A stretch of DNA of 45,437 bases, taken from assembly GCA_001642005.1 (NCBI GenBank), contig LWCA01000166.1:1-45437 (forward strand), read 5' to 3'. Source of the stretch: Intoshia linei. Taxonomy: Eukaryota; Animalia; Orthonectida. The notes beneath the pieces are model-generated. The model was not told where the DNA came from, did not search any database, and saw only the letters and a program-made list of their open reading frames with translations. This document shows positions 24,770 to 36,574 of the stretch, in pieces (position 1 is the first letter of the stretch; each line of letters opens with the position of its first letter). Position numbers and translations under genes: made by a program.

Positions 24770-25265
24770 ATATCCTTAGTAAGGATATTGTTTTTTACGC
24801 AATTTTTGTTTATGGGTGTGTGTTCCACTTTATTTAAATAACTACCCGTCTTAGAATTTTATAAAGTCCCCATTTCAATTACAGTTTTTTCGGGGGNGAA
24901 TAAGTTCTATCAGAATAATCTTTTTTTTAATTTTCGGACCGTTAATTATTTTACATTTTGTGTTAATAAAATATTTCGGAAAAAAAATATATGAAAACTA
25001 AAATGCTTTTTTGACCATGAAGGCGTCACTTATTCAGATTGAAATTTTTTGTGTGTATTAACATGATACATCTGTACCACTGTAAATTTTTTTAAATTCT
25101 AGGGCTATTTTCATTAAAAAAAAGTGTAATTTGTGGTTTTGGTCCTGAAGATGTAATTTTTTTAATTCTCCAACTCGTTTGATTTTGAAAAAAAGGACAA
25201 TTGGGGTTTTTGACCCGTAAGATGTGAGTTTGGGAGATTAAAATTTATCTTATTATACGTCCCGG
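24770..25265 (+). mobile_element. Helitron-like repeat at the NDOR1/FAM8A1 junction (contains the window's only N, at 24897)
   Basis: 24798-24890 is nearly identical to 25914-26015 (ctttatttaaataactacccgtcttagaattttataaagtccccatttcaattaca). Other motifs recur at ~6454 and ~36140-36475. Confidence 0.7.
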
Positions 25266-25326
25266 AAAAAACTGTAAAGTAGACTTAGACTTAGACTCTA
25301 AATTGACATTTACATTTTTTAATTAC

Positions 25327-26452
25327 CTATACTTATCATCAACATTTGTTTCGTATAGTAAATTTGCGTTTAGTTGAAAAAGCCTTCTTTTTAATTTAAA
25401 TCCGATATAATTGTATCTATGAAATCATAAAACATGTCGATACAAAAAAACTTTTGATAAACGGAATCACCACAACACATAATAGAAAAAGTCATATTTT
25501 TGAAAGCCTGTGGTTGTACAGAATTTCGCATTAACTGAGACCAAAAAATCTAAAAATACAAAATACATGTATGTCTACATACACCAACATACATTCATGT
25601 TTCGTGGGATATCACCTTGTCCTGTTGTGCTGACTAGGAATGTGACACTATCATATTGTGTTGAACCGCTCTAAGTAGTTGAGTATTTAAATTAAAATAC
25701 ATGTTGTTAAAATAGGTAGTGTCATGGAAAGCAGTAGTTCCCAAACTTTCAGAAGAACCTAATGTTAAAAATTTGTTTCGCGGTACATTAATAAATATAA
25801 AAAGCAACAAATTTTATTTAAAACAACAACACCACCATCATATTTTGAAACAGATCAAAAATAAAAAATTTTAACTTTTGCTTGCCTTTAATCCTAACTT
25901 ATATAATATACTCCGCAATTTTTGTTTGTGTGTGTGTCTGTGTTTGTTACGCTTTATTTAAATAACTACCCGTCTTAGAATTTTATAAAGTCCCCATTTC
26001 AATTACATTTTTTTCAGGGACGTATATATGTTGTAAAATAAATAAAAATGAAACATTTTAAATCACATAAAAAATTTTATAAAACATAAATTCTGGGATA
26101 ATTTTAAAAATCTTAAGCATTATAACAAATGGAGACATCAAAAAAGTGTATTTTCATAACCAAAATCTAGATTGAATTTAAATTATAATATAAAACTGAA
26201 TTTTGTCTAAAATTAATAAAATATCTATGAAACGATACATTTTAAATATTTTATTAAACTTATAATATGAGGACCTAAACTGCAAAAGGCCCCGTGTAGA
26301 AAGGTCCGAAATATATAAATAAAAGTTACAAAATCAAATGAATCTATTTCATTTAAACTGGATAAAATTTGGTAAAAATCACACAATCTAACAAGTCTTT
26401 TAGCCAGAGATTCAGTATATCCAGTTTCAGTGCCATAAAAAATACACAACAT
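25327..26452 (-). CDS. NDOR1: NADPH-dependent diflavin oxidoreductase 1-like, FMN/flavodoxin domain only (exons 26330-26452, 25593-25670, 25452-25549, 25327-25416)
   Basis: MLCIFYGTETGYTESLAKRL...TFLVSTTGQGDIPRNMNIFWSQLMR...FSIMCCGDSVYQKYNYIGFKLKRRLFQLNA...DDK matches NDOR1/Tah18 flavodoxin motifs (TTGQGD.P.NM..FW, GDS.Y.KFN..KL.RRL.QL). FAD/NADPH-domain exons were not found downstream. Confidence 0.85.
25891..26030 (+). mobile_element. Helitron-like repeat 5' end in NDOR1 intron 1
   Basis: A|TCctaacttatataatata...tttgtttgtgtgtgtgtctgtgtttgttacgc: a 5' TC after A plus a GT-rich microsatellite, typical of non-autonomous Helitron 5' ends. Confidence 0.65.
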
Positions 26453-27138
26453 AAATTAATATATAAATTAATCAATTTGCGTAACTAAACTTAAATTAAA
26501 ACATTTTTGATAAAAATAGAACCTATTTAAAATTTAATTCTAATGAATCAAAACGATAATAGAATTAATTAACTTTCACCTAGGTTATATACTAGTCATA
26601 GATTTAATGAAAAATATGGACATTGGACAATAATCTATTGTTACATTGTACCACACAATTTGCAATATACATTAAAATACACGACTGAGTTTGACTGTGA
26701 TGTATATGAGTATCAGCACTTGTAATATACTGCTGTAAGTTAAGCGTTGATACTTGTAGTTAAAATTATTATCATGGAAACAAATTTAGACGGAAAATTT
26801 GATTTATTTATGTAAAATCATTCATAGCAACCACTAATTTCTGCAATTTGCGTTTTTAATTTTACAAATTTAATCAAAGTCTATTAAAACCGGTACGCAT
26901 TTAAGGTAAATATTTCAAGTTTATTAATAGTAGTGAAACCAACCTGTAAATTTTTAATGTCTCATCACATATCACATAAAATCTTTAGTAGTCCAATTAA
27001 GGTAATAATACATTTAAAATAGTCATAGATTTTGTAGAACATTGAAACTTCAGAATTATCACCTTTTACAAAATTAAATAAATTTACTAGACAGAAAGGT
27101 TTCTTGTCGTCTATATTTATAATGTAATTAAAATAGAT
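26453..27138. promoter_or_regulatory. Probable bidirectional promoter region between divergent NDOR1-like and DEK-like genes
   Basis: Head-to-head start codons with 686 bp between them. A candidate DEK 5'UTR intron runs from gtaaat (~26906) to the tag at 27136, two bases before the ATG. Confidence 0.45.
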
Positions 27139-29066
27139 ATGACTCAAGAAATTGATAACGATACAAATTTTTCTGGACATGCTCTACAATCAGAAACTAA
27201 CTCTAATTTGGATGAGGAATGCAGAATGAACATTGAAAAAGCTGGTGATGAAATTTCAAAGGAAATTGAAGATATGAAAAGCAAAATTCCAAAGAATGGT
27301 TCAAGTTTGGTAGAATACAGGGAGGAAGACACAGTTGATCCTCGACATCTGTCTACCACATGTTCGGTTTCGACGACGTGTGCTACAAAAGGTTCCATTG
27401 AGCACGATAGTGTTATTCAAGACGATTATATGAATAAAGACGGTGATATGGAAGATTTTAATAAAGCAAAGGAAAGTCCTGATGATTTGATTGATAATGA
27501 GGAAATTAAAGACTCTCAACAATTTGAAATTAAGGGATGTGTCTTCACCAATCAGAAGGTTGAATTTGAACCACTTAACGAAGAAAGAAGCGTAGATGAT
27601 CAAATTGAGGCTGATAAAACACTTCAAAGTGAAGATGTATCTGAATCTGAAAAGATGGAAACGGAACAAGATGAAGACGTTTCTGAAAAAATTAATGAAA
27701 ATGCATGTACAAATAACGTAACAGAAAATGCAACTACAAATAACAAGGATGAGAATCAAAATACCTCTACAAATAACGAGGTGAATGAAGATTCATCTCC
27801 AAAGAAGGAAAATGAAGACAGTGACGACAACTCAAACTATCAAACCGAGGACGATAAAATTCAAGCAAAAACCTCGGTACCTATGGAAATTGATGAATTA
27901 AGTAATGATGATGTAGAATCTACGGACAATGAAGTTACTGCTGCCGATGTGAAGAAAACTACGAAATTAGTTAACAAGAAAAAGCCTGTTGCTAAACGAA
28001 AAGGCAAGGAAAAAAAAACAGTTTCTTTTGTAGAAGTGGAATCTTCCGAGGATGTATCTGTGAGCGTACCGTTATTTGACCAACCTTTGATTTTGGAATC
28101 GAAAGTAAAGCGCAGTAGACGGAGTGCTGAAATGTACGTCAATACTTCTGTTGTGAATAAAAGCGAAAATACCAAAACCGACACGATAATAGCGACAGGT
28201 AAAGGTATTAAACTTTCCAGTATTTCAAAAGTAAAAGATGCCATCAAAAATGCATCATACGCGGATGTATCTGCTCTTCATTGCATATTATTTAGTCATC
28301 GTTGTAAGCTTCCTGAGACAAGGTCAAATTTGTTGTCTTTTAATGGCTTGGACCAAGATAACGCCGACAAATGCATGACCATTTTGAATGGATTGAGTTG
28401 TTCAAAAAAGATTAAAACTTTTGCTCAAATTTTAGATATTAATTTGATGAAACTAAAAAAAGCTGACATTGTAGATAATGTTTATAATTTTCTGTTGAAA
28501 CCTAGAAAATCTGATAGTACTAGATCTACACGTTCAAGAGTCAATCGCAAGTCATCTGTGGAATCTGATGAAAGCGAGGAAGAAGTTGTCGAAAGTGAGG
28601 AAGAAGTTGTCGAAAAGTCACAAAGGAAAAAGAGAGGTAGAAAACCGAAGAAGGTTTCAACTCCTCCACCCAAAAAACGAAAGGTGGAAGCGAGTTCCTC
28701 TGAAGTAAAGTCGAAAAATTATAAAAATCCTACGGTACTAATTTATTTATTTTATATATTCATATATCAACATTTTAGATGAAGAATTTAAAAGCATCCA
28801 TACAAAACATTATTAAAACTACTGATTTAAATAAAACAACAATGAAAACTGTGTATGGGATGGTAATTTATTTGTGTATATAAATTTGAAATGTTTTTAG
28901 ATCGAAAAAGAATATCCGGGAATTGACATTAATGATAGCAAAGGAGTCATCAAGAAATTAGTTAATCAAGTTCGTTTTTATATATTTTATTATTATGGAA
29001 CAGCTTTGTAAGAGCAATTATTTGATAATTCATTCACTTTGTATAATGAGCGGTAAAATAATTTAA
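27139..29066 (+). CDS. DEK: DEK-like chromatin protein with a long acidic N-terminus (exons 27139-28734, 28779-28862, 28901-28969, 29004-29066)
   Basis: GKGIKLSSISKV..I...LHCILF......RSNLLSFNG...IK.FA.ILD......K.DIVD.VYNFL.KP is the DEK central (pseudo-SAP/SAP) region. The spliced tail PTMKNLKASIQNIIKTTDLNKTTMKTVYGMIEKEYPGIDINDSKGVIKKLV is DEK_C. Confidence 0.88.
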
Positions 29067-29630
29067 AAATTTTGGTTACGATTATCGTAAATATTGATTT
29101 TTAAATGAATGTTTTTATAATTTGTTGTTTTTTAAGTGAACAAGGTTTTACAAGTATGTTTTATTATAATTTATTAATTTAACTTTGTTATAGATAATAA
29201 AATGAATTCATTTTTATGTATTTGTTTAAATTTATTTTGTCTACATTTGTATAGTTTTTAATAAATTTAATTTTAATGTTTTGTAACGCTTTCTATATTG
29301 ATTGAGTTTGCGTCACGATCGATAGTTGATTTAAATTATATTAATTAAATATGGATTTTTAAAAATAGATAATTATAGCGGAAACGCCCGAATGAAAATA
29401 CTGTTTTCACGTTGGGCGTTTTACACTTTGTAAGTTGTTTATGAAATAATCAATTGCTCAAGGTAATTCTATCACTTACAAAATGTATATCAACAAAATA
29501 AACAAACGCGTGTCTGTCTTATAATTTCATAATCAAGGAAATAATTTAATTTGTATAACTTTATAATTGTATCATTTAAATGCAACATGGACACATTTTC
29601 TGAGGTTACCTCTTGACTTTTATTTCATAT

Positions 29631-30739
29631 ATGGATGCAGATGAGGTTTATTTGTCGTACTGTTAATATTGTCATGTAGGTGCGAACCCTTTTTGTCAGT
29701 GGACTTCCCATGGACACTAGACCACGAGAACTTTATCTATTATTCCGTAGTTATCCAGGTTATGAATACGCACTACTGAAAGCTCATAGTACGAAACAAG
29801 ATCGCGTAGTTTCAGTAACTAAAAATGATATTCATTACATTTCTAACCTAGCCGGTTGCCTTTATAAAATTTAAAAATCGACAATTTGCAGTAAAAGCCA
29901 AGACCGATTTGGCGGTACATTGAAGCTAGTTCATTTCTAAATAAATTTAGAATTTTTTGTTTGATCCCAATCTAAATCAAGTCATTCGTCTCGAGTTTGC
30001 GAGAAGCAATACCAAATCCAGCTCCGGGTCCAAAATGTTTGCGTATATGAGCAATTCAGATGCAAAATCTCTTTCCAATTCTGTCATGCAAAGTAATGTA
30101 CCCTTACAAATAAATATTTTTTGTAGAATCAAACTCTGTGTATGGTTACAATTGTAATGCAGTAATGAACATGGTAATCAATACGTTTGTGAAAATGTTT
30201 ATTATAATATTGATAGTATGGCGGAAATTTTCCATTTACATATCCTCAGATGGCCACTAATAATGGATACCCTCCGTTTCCAGTTCCAACGTCGTATTTG
30301 TACCCTTCTATTTATTCTTCCATGGATATGGCTCAAATATCTTTAAATAACAATGAAGTAGAATCGTCCATTCTGTTCGTGTCAAATATAAGTCTATTCA
30401 CGACCGGCCCCGAATTGGTGGAAATATTTTCAACGTAACATTCATTTTACTTTGTTTTCAAAGTTTTAGATTTGCAGAATTCGAAAAAATCAGAATTACG
30501 TGCTTTAATTTTATGTCGGTTGCTTTTGCTTATTTTATAGTACCAACGTTTATATGTCATGTTTAATTTACAATTAGAGTTTGAATGAGGCGTCTGAAGC
30601 CTTGGAGGGGTTACAAGGATATGTACCGTTTACATCTGACAGAGGAGGGATCGTTATTCATTATGCAAATCCTAAAATGATTGATATTATGGAAATGTCA
30701 AATAACTACATTCAATTTAACAAAAATTCTATCGACTAA
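29631..30739 (+). CDS. Couch potato/mec-8/RBPMS-family two-RRM RNA-binding protein (multiple ~34-40 nt introns)
   Basis: [30 protein letters not shown]...SPVAFIKF...[19 protein letters not shown] is the diagnostic RBPMS/cpo RRM. The second [11 protein letters not shown]...VAFA.F...EALEGLQG...[11 protein letters not shown] resembles cpo/mec-8. Confidence 0.92.
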
Positions 30740-30856
30740 ACCAATTTTTATAATTTATTATTGTTTGTCGAAATTTATTAGTAAATTATTTCTACCAATA
30801 TCTTATTTCTGCTTGGAAACTAGTAAATACTATCGACCTATTTTTGTACATGTCTT

Positions 30857-33180
30857 ATGGCTAAATCTAAAAAAAAAGCCAAAACGATAAACTCTAAAAC
30901 TGACGAACAAAATTCTAGAGAAATAATACAATCATACAAGTATTTTAATCAATGTTTGTTACTATTTGTATAGAAATGGCTTTATTCGAGAAAAAATCAA
31001 TGAAAGACAAAAAGATTTGGACGTTATACTCAAACACGTTGAAATTAATAGTGATAGGGTATTTTCACAGATTTTTATTAATCTTTTCACGTATCGTCAT
31101 TGTAATTAATAACTGACTAGTTAAACAATACCATTTTACAAAAATTTAAAAAAATGACCAATCTGACAAATTTTTCATTGTTAAATTTTAATCACAGTTT
31201 TACTTTGATATAATTAGATTTTGTTTTGATGTCATTAATGACATCCATTTGGGATAATCATTTTTTAGTTGTATTATTTTTTTTACAAATCACTTAAAAT
31301 TGTTTCGAACAATCGGGTTTCATCCAGAGGTTTCATACGTAATTTTTAATAAATGACATTCCATGTCCTTAGGGCAAACCAAAACAACAATTGGTGTATA
31401 TTATTGAGTTTAGTTACAAGAATTATTGGAAAACCAAAGAATTATCGTCGATGATTTATTAAAAAAAACAAACGAAAACCGAAAAAAAGGCTATTTTTTG
31501 TCACCCGATGAAAATATAAATCAAGTGAGCAACGAAGACGTTATTAGCGCATTAATAAAAAAGTGGAAAATTGTAAAATCTGAAGAAGAAAGTATAATAG
31601 GTTTCCAAATTAAAAATTATATTAAGCATTGTAATTTCAAAAATTTTTATCTGGGATAAAAGAAACAATTTTTAGCTATTAAAACCTTTTTTGTAATAAA
31701 CATTAAAATTATTTTACATATTTGATAAATTGATGACCATTTACAATTAAAATAGAAATAAATGAAAAAATATGCAACAATAATACCAAGATTGTACAAA
31801 TTAAGGAAAAAGTTGTTTATTGGCAAGAGTTTATAAATACAGGAAACAATAAACAAAAAAATATAATAAAAAGTTTTAAAAAGCAGCTAATTGAAATTAA
31901 TACCTTTTTCGATGAAATGGCAAGTAAATTTAACACAATTAAATACATAACATGTACATAACAAATTGAAAAATTATATATTTAAGATAAAATTAAAGAA
32001 TCCACAGAGAACATTGATGTAGAATATGAACAAATGAGTCTTGATAACTCTAAAAATGAGAAAAAAAAAGCAGTGGACAATGTTATGGCTTTAGTCAATG
32101 ACACCACCGTTTCTTTACTCAAAGATAACGATTGGTTAAAAATACAAGTATTAGAAATTTCATTGTAACTTTATCAATAACATTTAAGGATGAAACTCAA
32201 AATAATATCGTCAATCGATTATTAGTAGAAATTGAAGACCTTGAACTGGAAAATATCACAATGAATGAAACCATAAACAAAGTTAATTTGTTAAATTTGA
32301 ACATGGAAAGGTTTGTACCGTGTAATAAATATAATTAAAATTTAGAGATGATAAAATGTACATTTTTCGGGATAAACAACCATTAGACAGTAATCTTGTA
32401 ATGGACAGTGACATCAACAGAATTAGCGAACTCGTTGATGTTAACAAAAATGATCCACAAAACTATCTACCCTACCTAAACTATTTATCAGGCATACCAA
32501 ATCAATGTTCAAACAATTATTTGTCTAAACCAGAGGTATTTTATTAAAAATAAGGATAAATATTGGGAGTAACTTTGTAGTCGTATGTTTCGAAGATTTT
32601 ATGTTAAAGTTAAAACTGATAGTCAGGTGTTTCATAGATAATACATTACTGAGAAATCATTAGTTTTATCTATACTTGACTTTATTAAATTTTTCTTGAA
32701 TGCGATCATTGTGATTATATTTCAGTTTATCGCGATTAGAAATATATATTTAGATAGTTTAAACTTTTTTGATTATAAAATTCATTTTAAAAATGACAAA
32801 TTGGCATCTAAAGTCGACCATTCTACTAATTTTTTACAAATTATGAAAGAAAACATCTTATTTTCAAAATAGTCATAATTATTAGATTTACTATTTGATT
32901 AGAATAAGCTGATTAAAAATTTAAATTTATAAATTTTTATATTTCATAATAAAAAATACATACAACCATAAAAAGTTGTATAGAAATGTAAATGAATTAT
33001 ATTTAGAAATTAGAGCCATTAGGAGATTTGGAAATGGCAACATTACATGTGGTAGGAGAAAAGAAACAAATTTATGAATCTCAAGTAGAAGAAACAAATT
33101 CTAACATTTCAAATCCAGATTATTCATCAAGCTTAGATAGCCTAGTCACTATAAATTCGAAACAAATGTACATTAGGTGA
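30857..33180 (+). CDS. CCDC83: Coiled-coil domain-containing protein 83-like (multi-exon; last exon 33007-33180)
   Basis: Spliced segments VSNEDVISALIKKWK, YWQEFINTG, AVDNVMALVN...KDNDWLK...IEDLELEN and LGDLEMATLHVVGEKKQIY parallel recalled CCDC83 motifs (VTREDVEEAMKEKWK, YWEEYKNVG, ENDWLKKE..ELEAEN, LGPL..KLMSVESKKMPIH). Confidence 0.72.
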
Positions 33181-33200
33181 AAGTGTATTGATAAATAAAA

Positions 33201-34174
33201 TTAAAAACCTGAAATCATCATATTAATTTTGTTCCATTCATATGAATATGCTACAATTTTGGAGATATCTGTAATATCAATATGAACAGGAGGTGAAGAT
33301 GTTTCAACTTGGTCAATTTTAATTTTTTCGACAATATTTTTGGTTCCTCCATAACTGTCATTCATTTCATCACTGGTAAAGCTGACCATCCCTTGTTCAG
33401 TATCTCGATTGTAAGGTTCAGAGAGTGAAATATGTAACTGTTCAAACATTTTTCCACCCTCTTTAGAAACAATCAAAGAATTATCTGCACTACCTGCTTC
33501 TTCACAATCATAATTATACTCAATGTGAATAATTTTTCGATTTCCAATAAAATTCAAACCAAAATTGTCGGGCATGACTTGTAAAAAGGACATTAACGGT
33601 TTTTTCAAATGTGGATCTATATGTTGACTTGGGAAATGACGATCTCGCCCCAAATAAATGTAAAAAAACACCTTTCCAGTAGATAATACGGTATCTTGTT
33701 CTTTTTCTATACAGGTCAAATTATGATGGATCATTCTGCGACAGTTTCCCATTGATACAAGTCGATTATAACGCAATTTATTTTTAGGAAATTTCCAAAC
33801 ATACGTTTCTTTTGCTGCAGAAGGGTTATTTCCTAATACCATAACAAGCTTCGATAAATCATAATCTGAAGACCAAATATTTATAAGAATTCTAAAAAGT
33901 AAGTTTAATTTTTCCTTAAATTGTTCTGCATTTCTAATGAATTTTATGTATTTGTTTTTCTTGATAAGTGAACTTTCCGTCTTTATTTTTATCTGACACA
34001 AATATATAAATTATAACAAAGGTTTACTCTAATGTTTTCAATGTTTTTGATTAAAATGTCGTAAGCCTGTGGAATTTGTCCTCTGCTGTACAGAATGTAT
34101 CTGATTGATTCAATTAAAAGATGAGGACGCATTGCCGATTCGACGTATCCTTTAAAATTAATATCAAATTTCAT
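33201..34174 (-). CDS. MAD2L1BP: p31comet / MAD2L1-binding protein-like HORMA protein (35 nt intron 33993-34027)
   Basis: INFKGYV...IESIRYILYSRGQIPQAYDIL and KLVMVLGNNPSAAKETY match the p31comet motifs E.LK.I.YQR.QLP.PY..L and LILLG.....PKE.Y. The two ORF-track ORFs join in frame across a GT-AG intron. Confidence 0.8.
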
Positions 34175-36574
34175 AATAGGCTTGATATAAAATATTAAAA
34201 ATTTAAAATAGCGCTCACTTTCACAAATAGTCATGCCATTTATAATAAACTATCTTTACCGATTTATAATAAATTTTACTCATACAAAATTTTTGATTCA
34301 TGTCAAAAAGTTTTAAATCAAGTTTTAATCTATAAAACATTGTAAAATACTGAATTCTTCAACGCGGTCATCAGCAGTACTATACAAATTTGTCAATAAG
34401 TTTAACGAAAATATTACACCCAAAAAAAAAGAAACTTGGCAAATTAAAAAAGTTTAATTTTCACTTTTTCGTGTTCGCTAGAATGGGGTAAAAAATCTAA
34501 GATTACTTTTTTTACTATTTTATTTATTAAATTCAGTGAAACATTCATATTGAAATTCTAAAATAGACAACCATATAATTGAATTATTTAACGCAAATTA
34601 GTTATATACAAAAAACGTTGAATATGATATCATTTAAACACATTTTATTCCTACAGTGTCTTACAACTTGTTCAGCATGGGGAAATTTAAAAATGTTTAA
34701 GAAAAAATCAACTTGTAAGTCAACAAAATTAATTTAATATATTATTAGGCCCACTCTATCAAGTTACCGTTAAAAGTCGGCATGATTTCATTTTACCCTG
34801 CTTAAACAATAAGTTATTACAATATTAACGTTTAAAGCTCACTTTTAGCAAATTTATGAATGTTGTGAGAGTATATGTATGGAATTTTACTGGACATTTC
34901 CATGAGTCACAAAACATCCAAGAATCGACAAATTTCAAAAAATCAGTTGATTCATTTCAAATTACATACGATTACAGTTTAATTGTTCAGTTTGTTAAAA
35001 ATTCCAACATTACCGGTATTCTCAAGTGTCATTACAATAATGTGTGTTTGTCTTCTTATATTGTTTCGTGTATGCAGTTTTATTATTTACCTTTTATTTA
35101 TTTTGTAATTATATCTATTTAGATGACAGAAATCCAATACAATTAAAAACATTTGGTAATTTTTAAGATTTATATCAGAACTGGAACAATGGTTTCTGCG
35201 TTGATTTTTTCAAAAAAATTTAAAAAAATTTGTAATTTTGACCGCGGAGAAAAATAGTGGCTACCCGTTCTAAATATTTTCATCTCAGATGGTAACAGTT
35301 TTAAATAACTGATAAAATTTTTATAAATTCAAACCATAATTTAATCAGGTTTCAACGATTTTTTAATTAGGATTTTGATTTTTAAATAGTCTGAGTAGAC
35401 CTAGTGTGTTGGTGTGTTTTCGACTTGTACTAAACATTTTGACGCTATTAAATAGTGTACAAAAAGTTTTTTTTCATTTTTTTCTATATTTACTTACCTG
35501 CCAAAATTATACATCCTAATAAATAGCGTATCGAAATAAGTTGTTAATTTTTTATAAAATCATTAATATAACATCAAAAAAAATTTGATCAGGGTTCCTA
35601 CACTTTTTTCACCAGGACAAAATTGAATTTATATACAAATAAATTTATTAAGTAATTTTATTTTTTTCTGAATATTTGTAATGTATAATTTTTAATAATA
35701 CTTCAAGTATTAGGAAGGCTACCATTCAGCACCATAGAGTAAGACTATAATCAATAAATATGTATTTTTTAATATTGCATTTTAGATATGTTGATATATT
35801 TAACATATCTTACAGTTCAATACATTTTTGGATTTATTTTTTGTATATTTTCAATGATAGTATATAAAATGAAATTTTTGTAAATAAAAAGTAAACTTTT
35901 GCAAGGTTTCTGTTAAACTTAAAATTCTACTAACCTCTTAATAATTTTCGAAAACATAGTTCTAATATACCTCCAGTAACTAATACATTGATAACGGTAA
36001 AAACGAAAAAATTTAAAATTAAAAATTTTTGAAACCTAAATTTTAGAATTCTCAGTAAAAAAATACAAACTATTCTTATTATTAACAATATGTAATTTGA
36101 AAAATTTGAATTGACTAGAGTTTTGTACTTTTAGTAATTTGAGGTTTTGATCATGAAGATGTATATTTCTTAGATTTTAGAAATATTATATTTAAGACTT
36201 GGAATGAAATTTACGATAAACAAATATTGAATGAAAAAACGTGTATCAAAATTTATCCCTTTTAAAATTGTCATAATTTATACAAGATTTGTATAAAATA
36301 TTTCGCTGACATCTCGAAAATTATACGGACCTTCAGGAATTCGTAAGCACTACTTTAAATATATTTTTTTAATCAACTTTTCTTAAGTTTTATAGGAGAA
36401 TTTTTAATATTTATTACAGAATTGTCAGATGTTTGGAATTTATCACAAAGCATGTACGACCGTTAATTATTATTTATAAAACCCCATTTTTATTCCACCA
36501 TTAATAAAATGTACATGTCCATAAGTGATAATAAGAAATACCATTTCAGACACCCTGGGAAAATCGATTGACCA

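Noticed and set aside
27144-28673. Four minus-strand ORFs (63-152 aa) opposite DEK
   Set aside because: Antisense shadows of a low-complexity coding strand, with no recognisable motifs.
31200-31400. Structured-looking segment in a CCDC83 intron (SECIS, snoRNA or nested ORF candidate)
   Set aside because: No helix partner for an ATGA..GA SECIS core, no paired C/D boxes, and minus-strand frames close within ~25 codons. Only the 18 bp palindrome is solid.
34300-36570. Possible gene between p31comet and Y-box (88 aa ORF at 34856)
   Set aside because: No coherent spliced peptide or motif found; the region contains repeat fragments.
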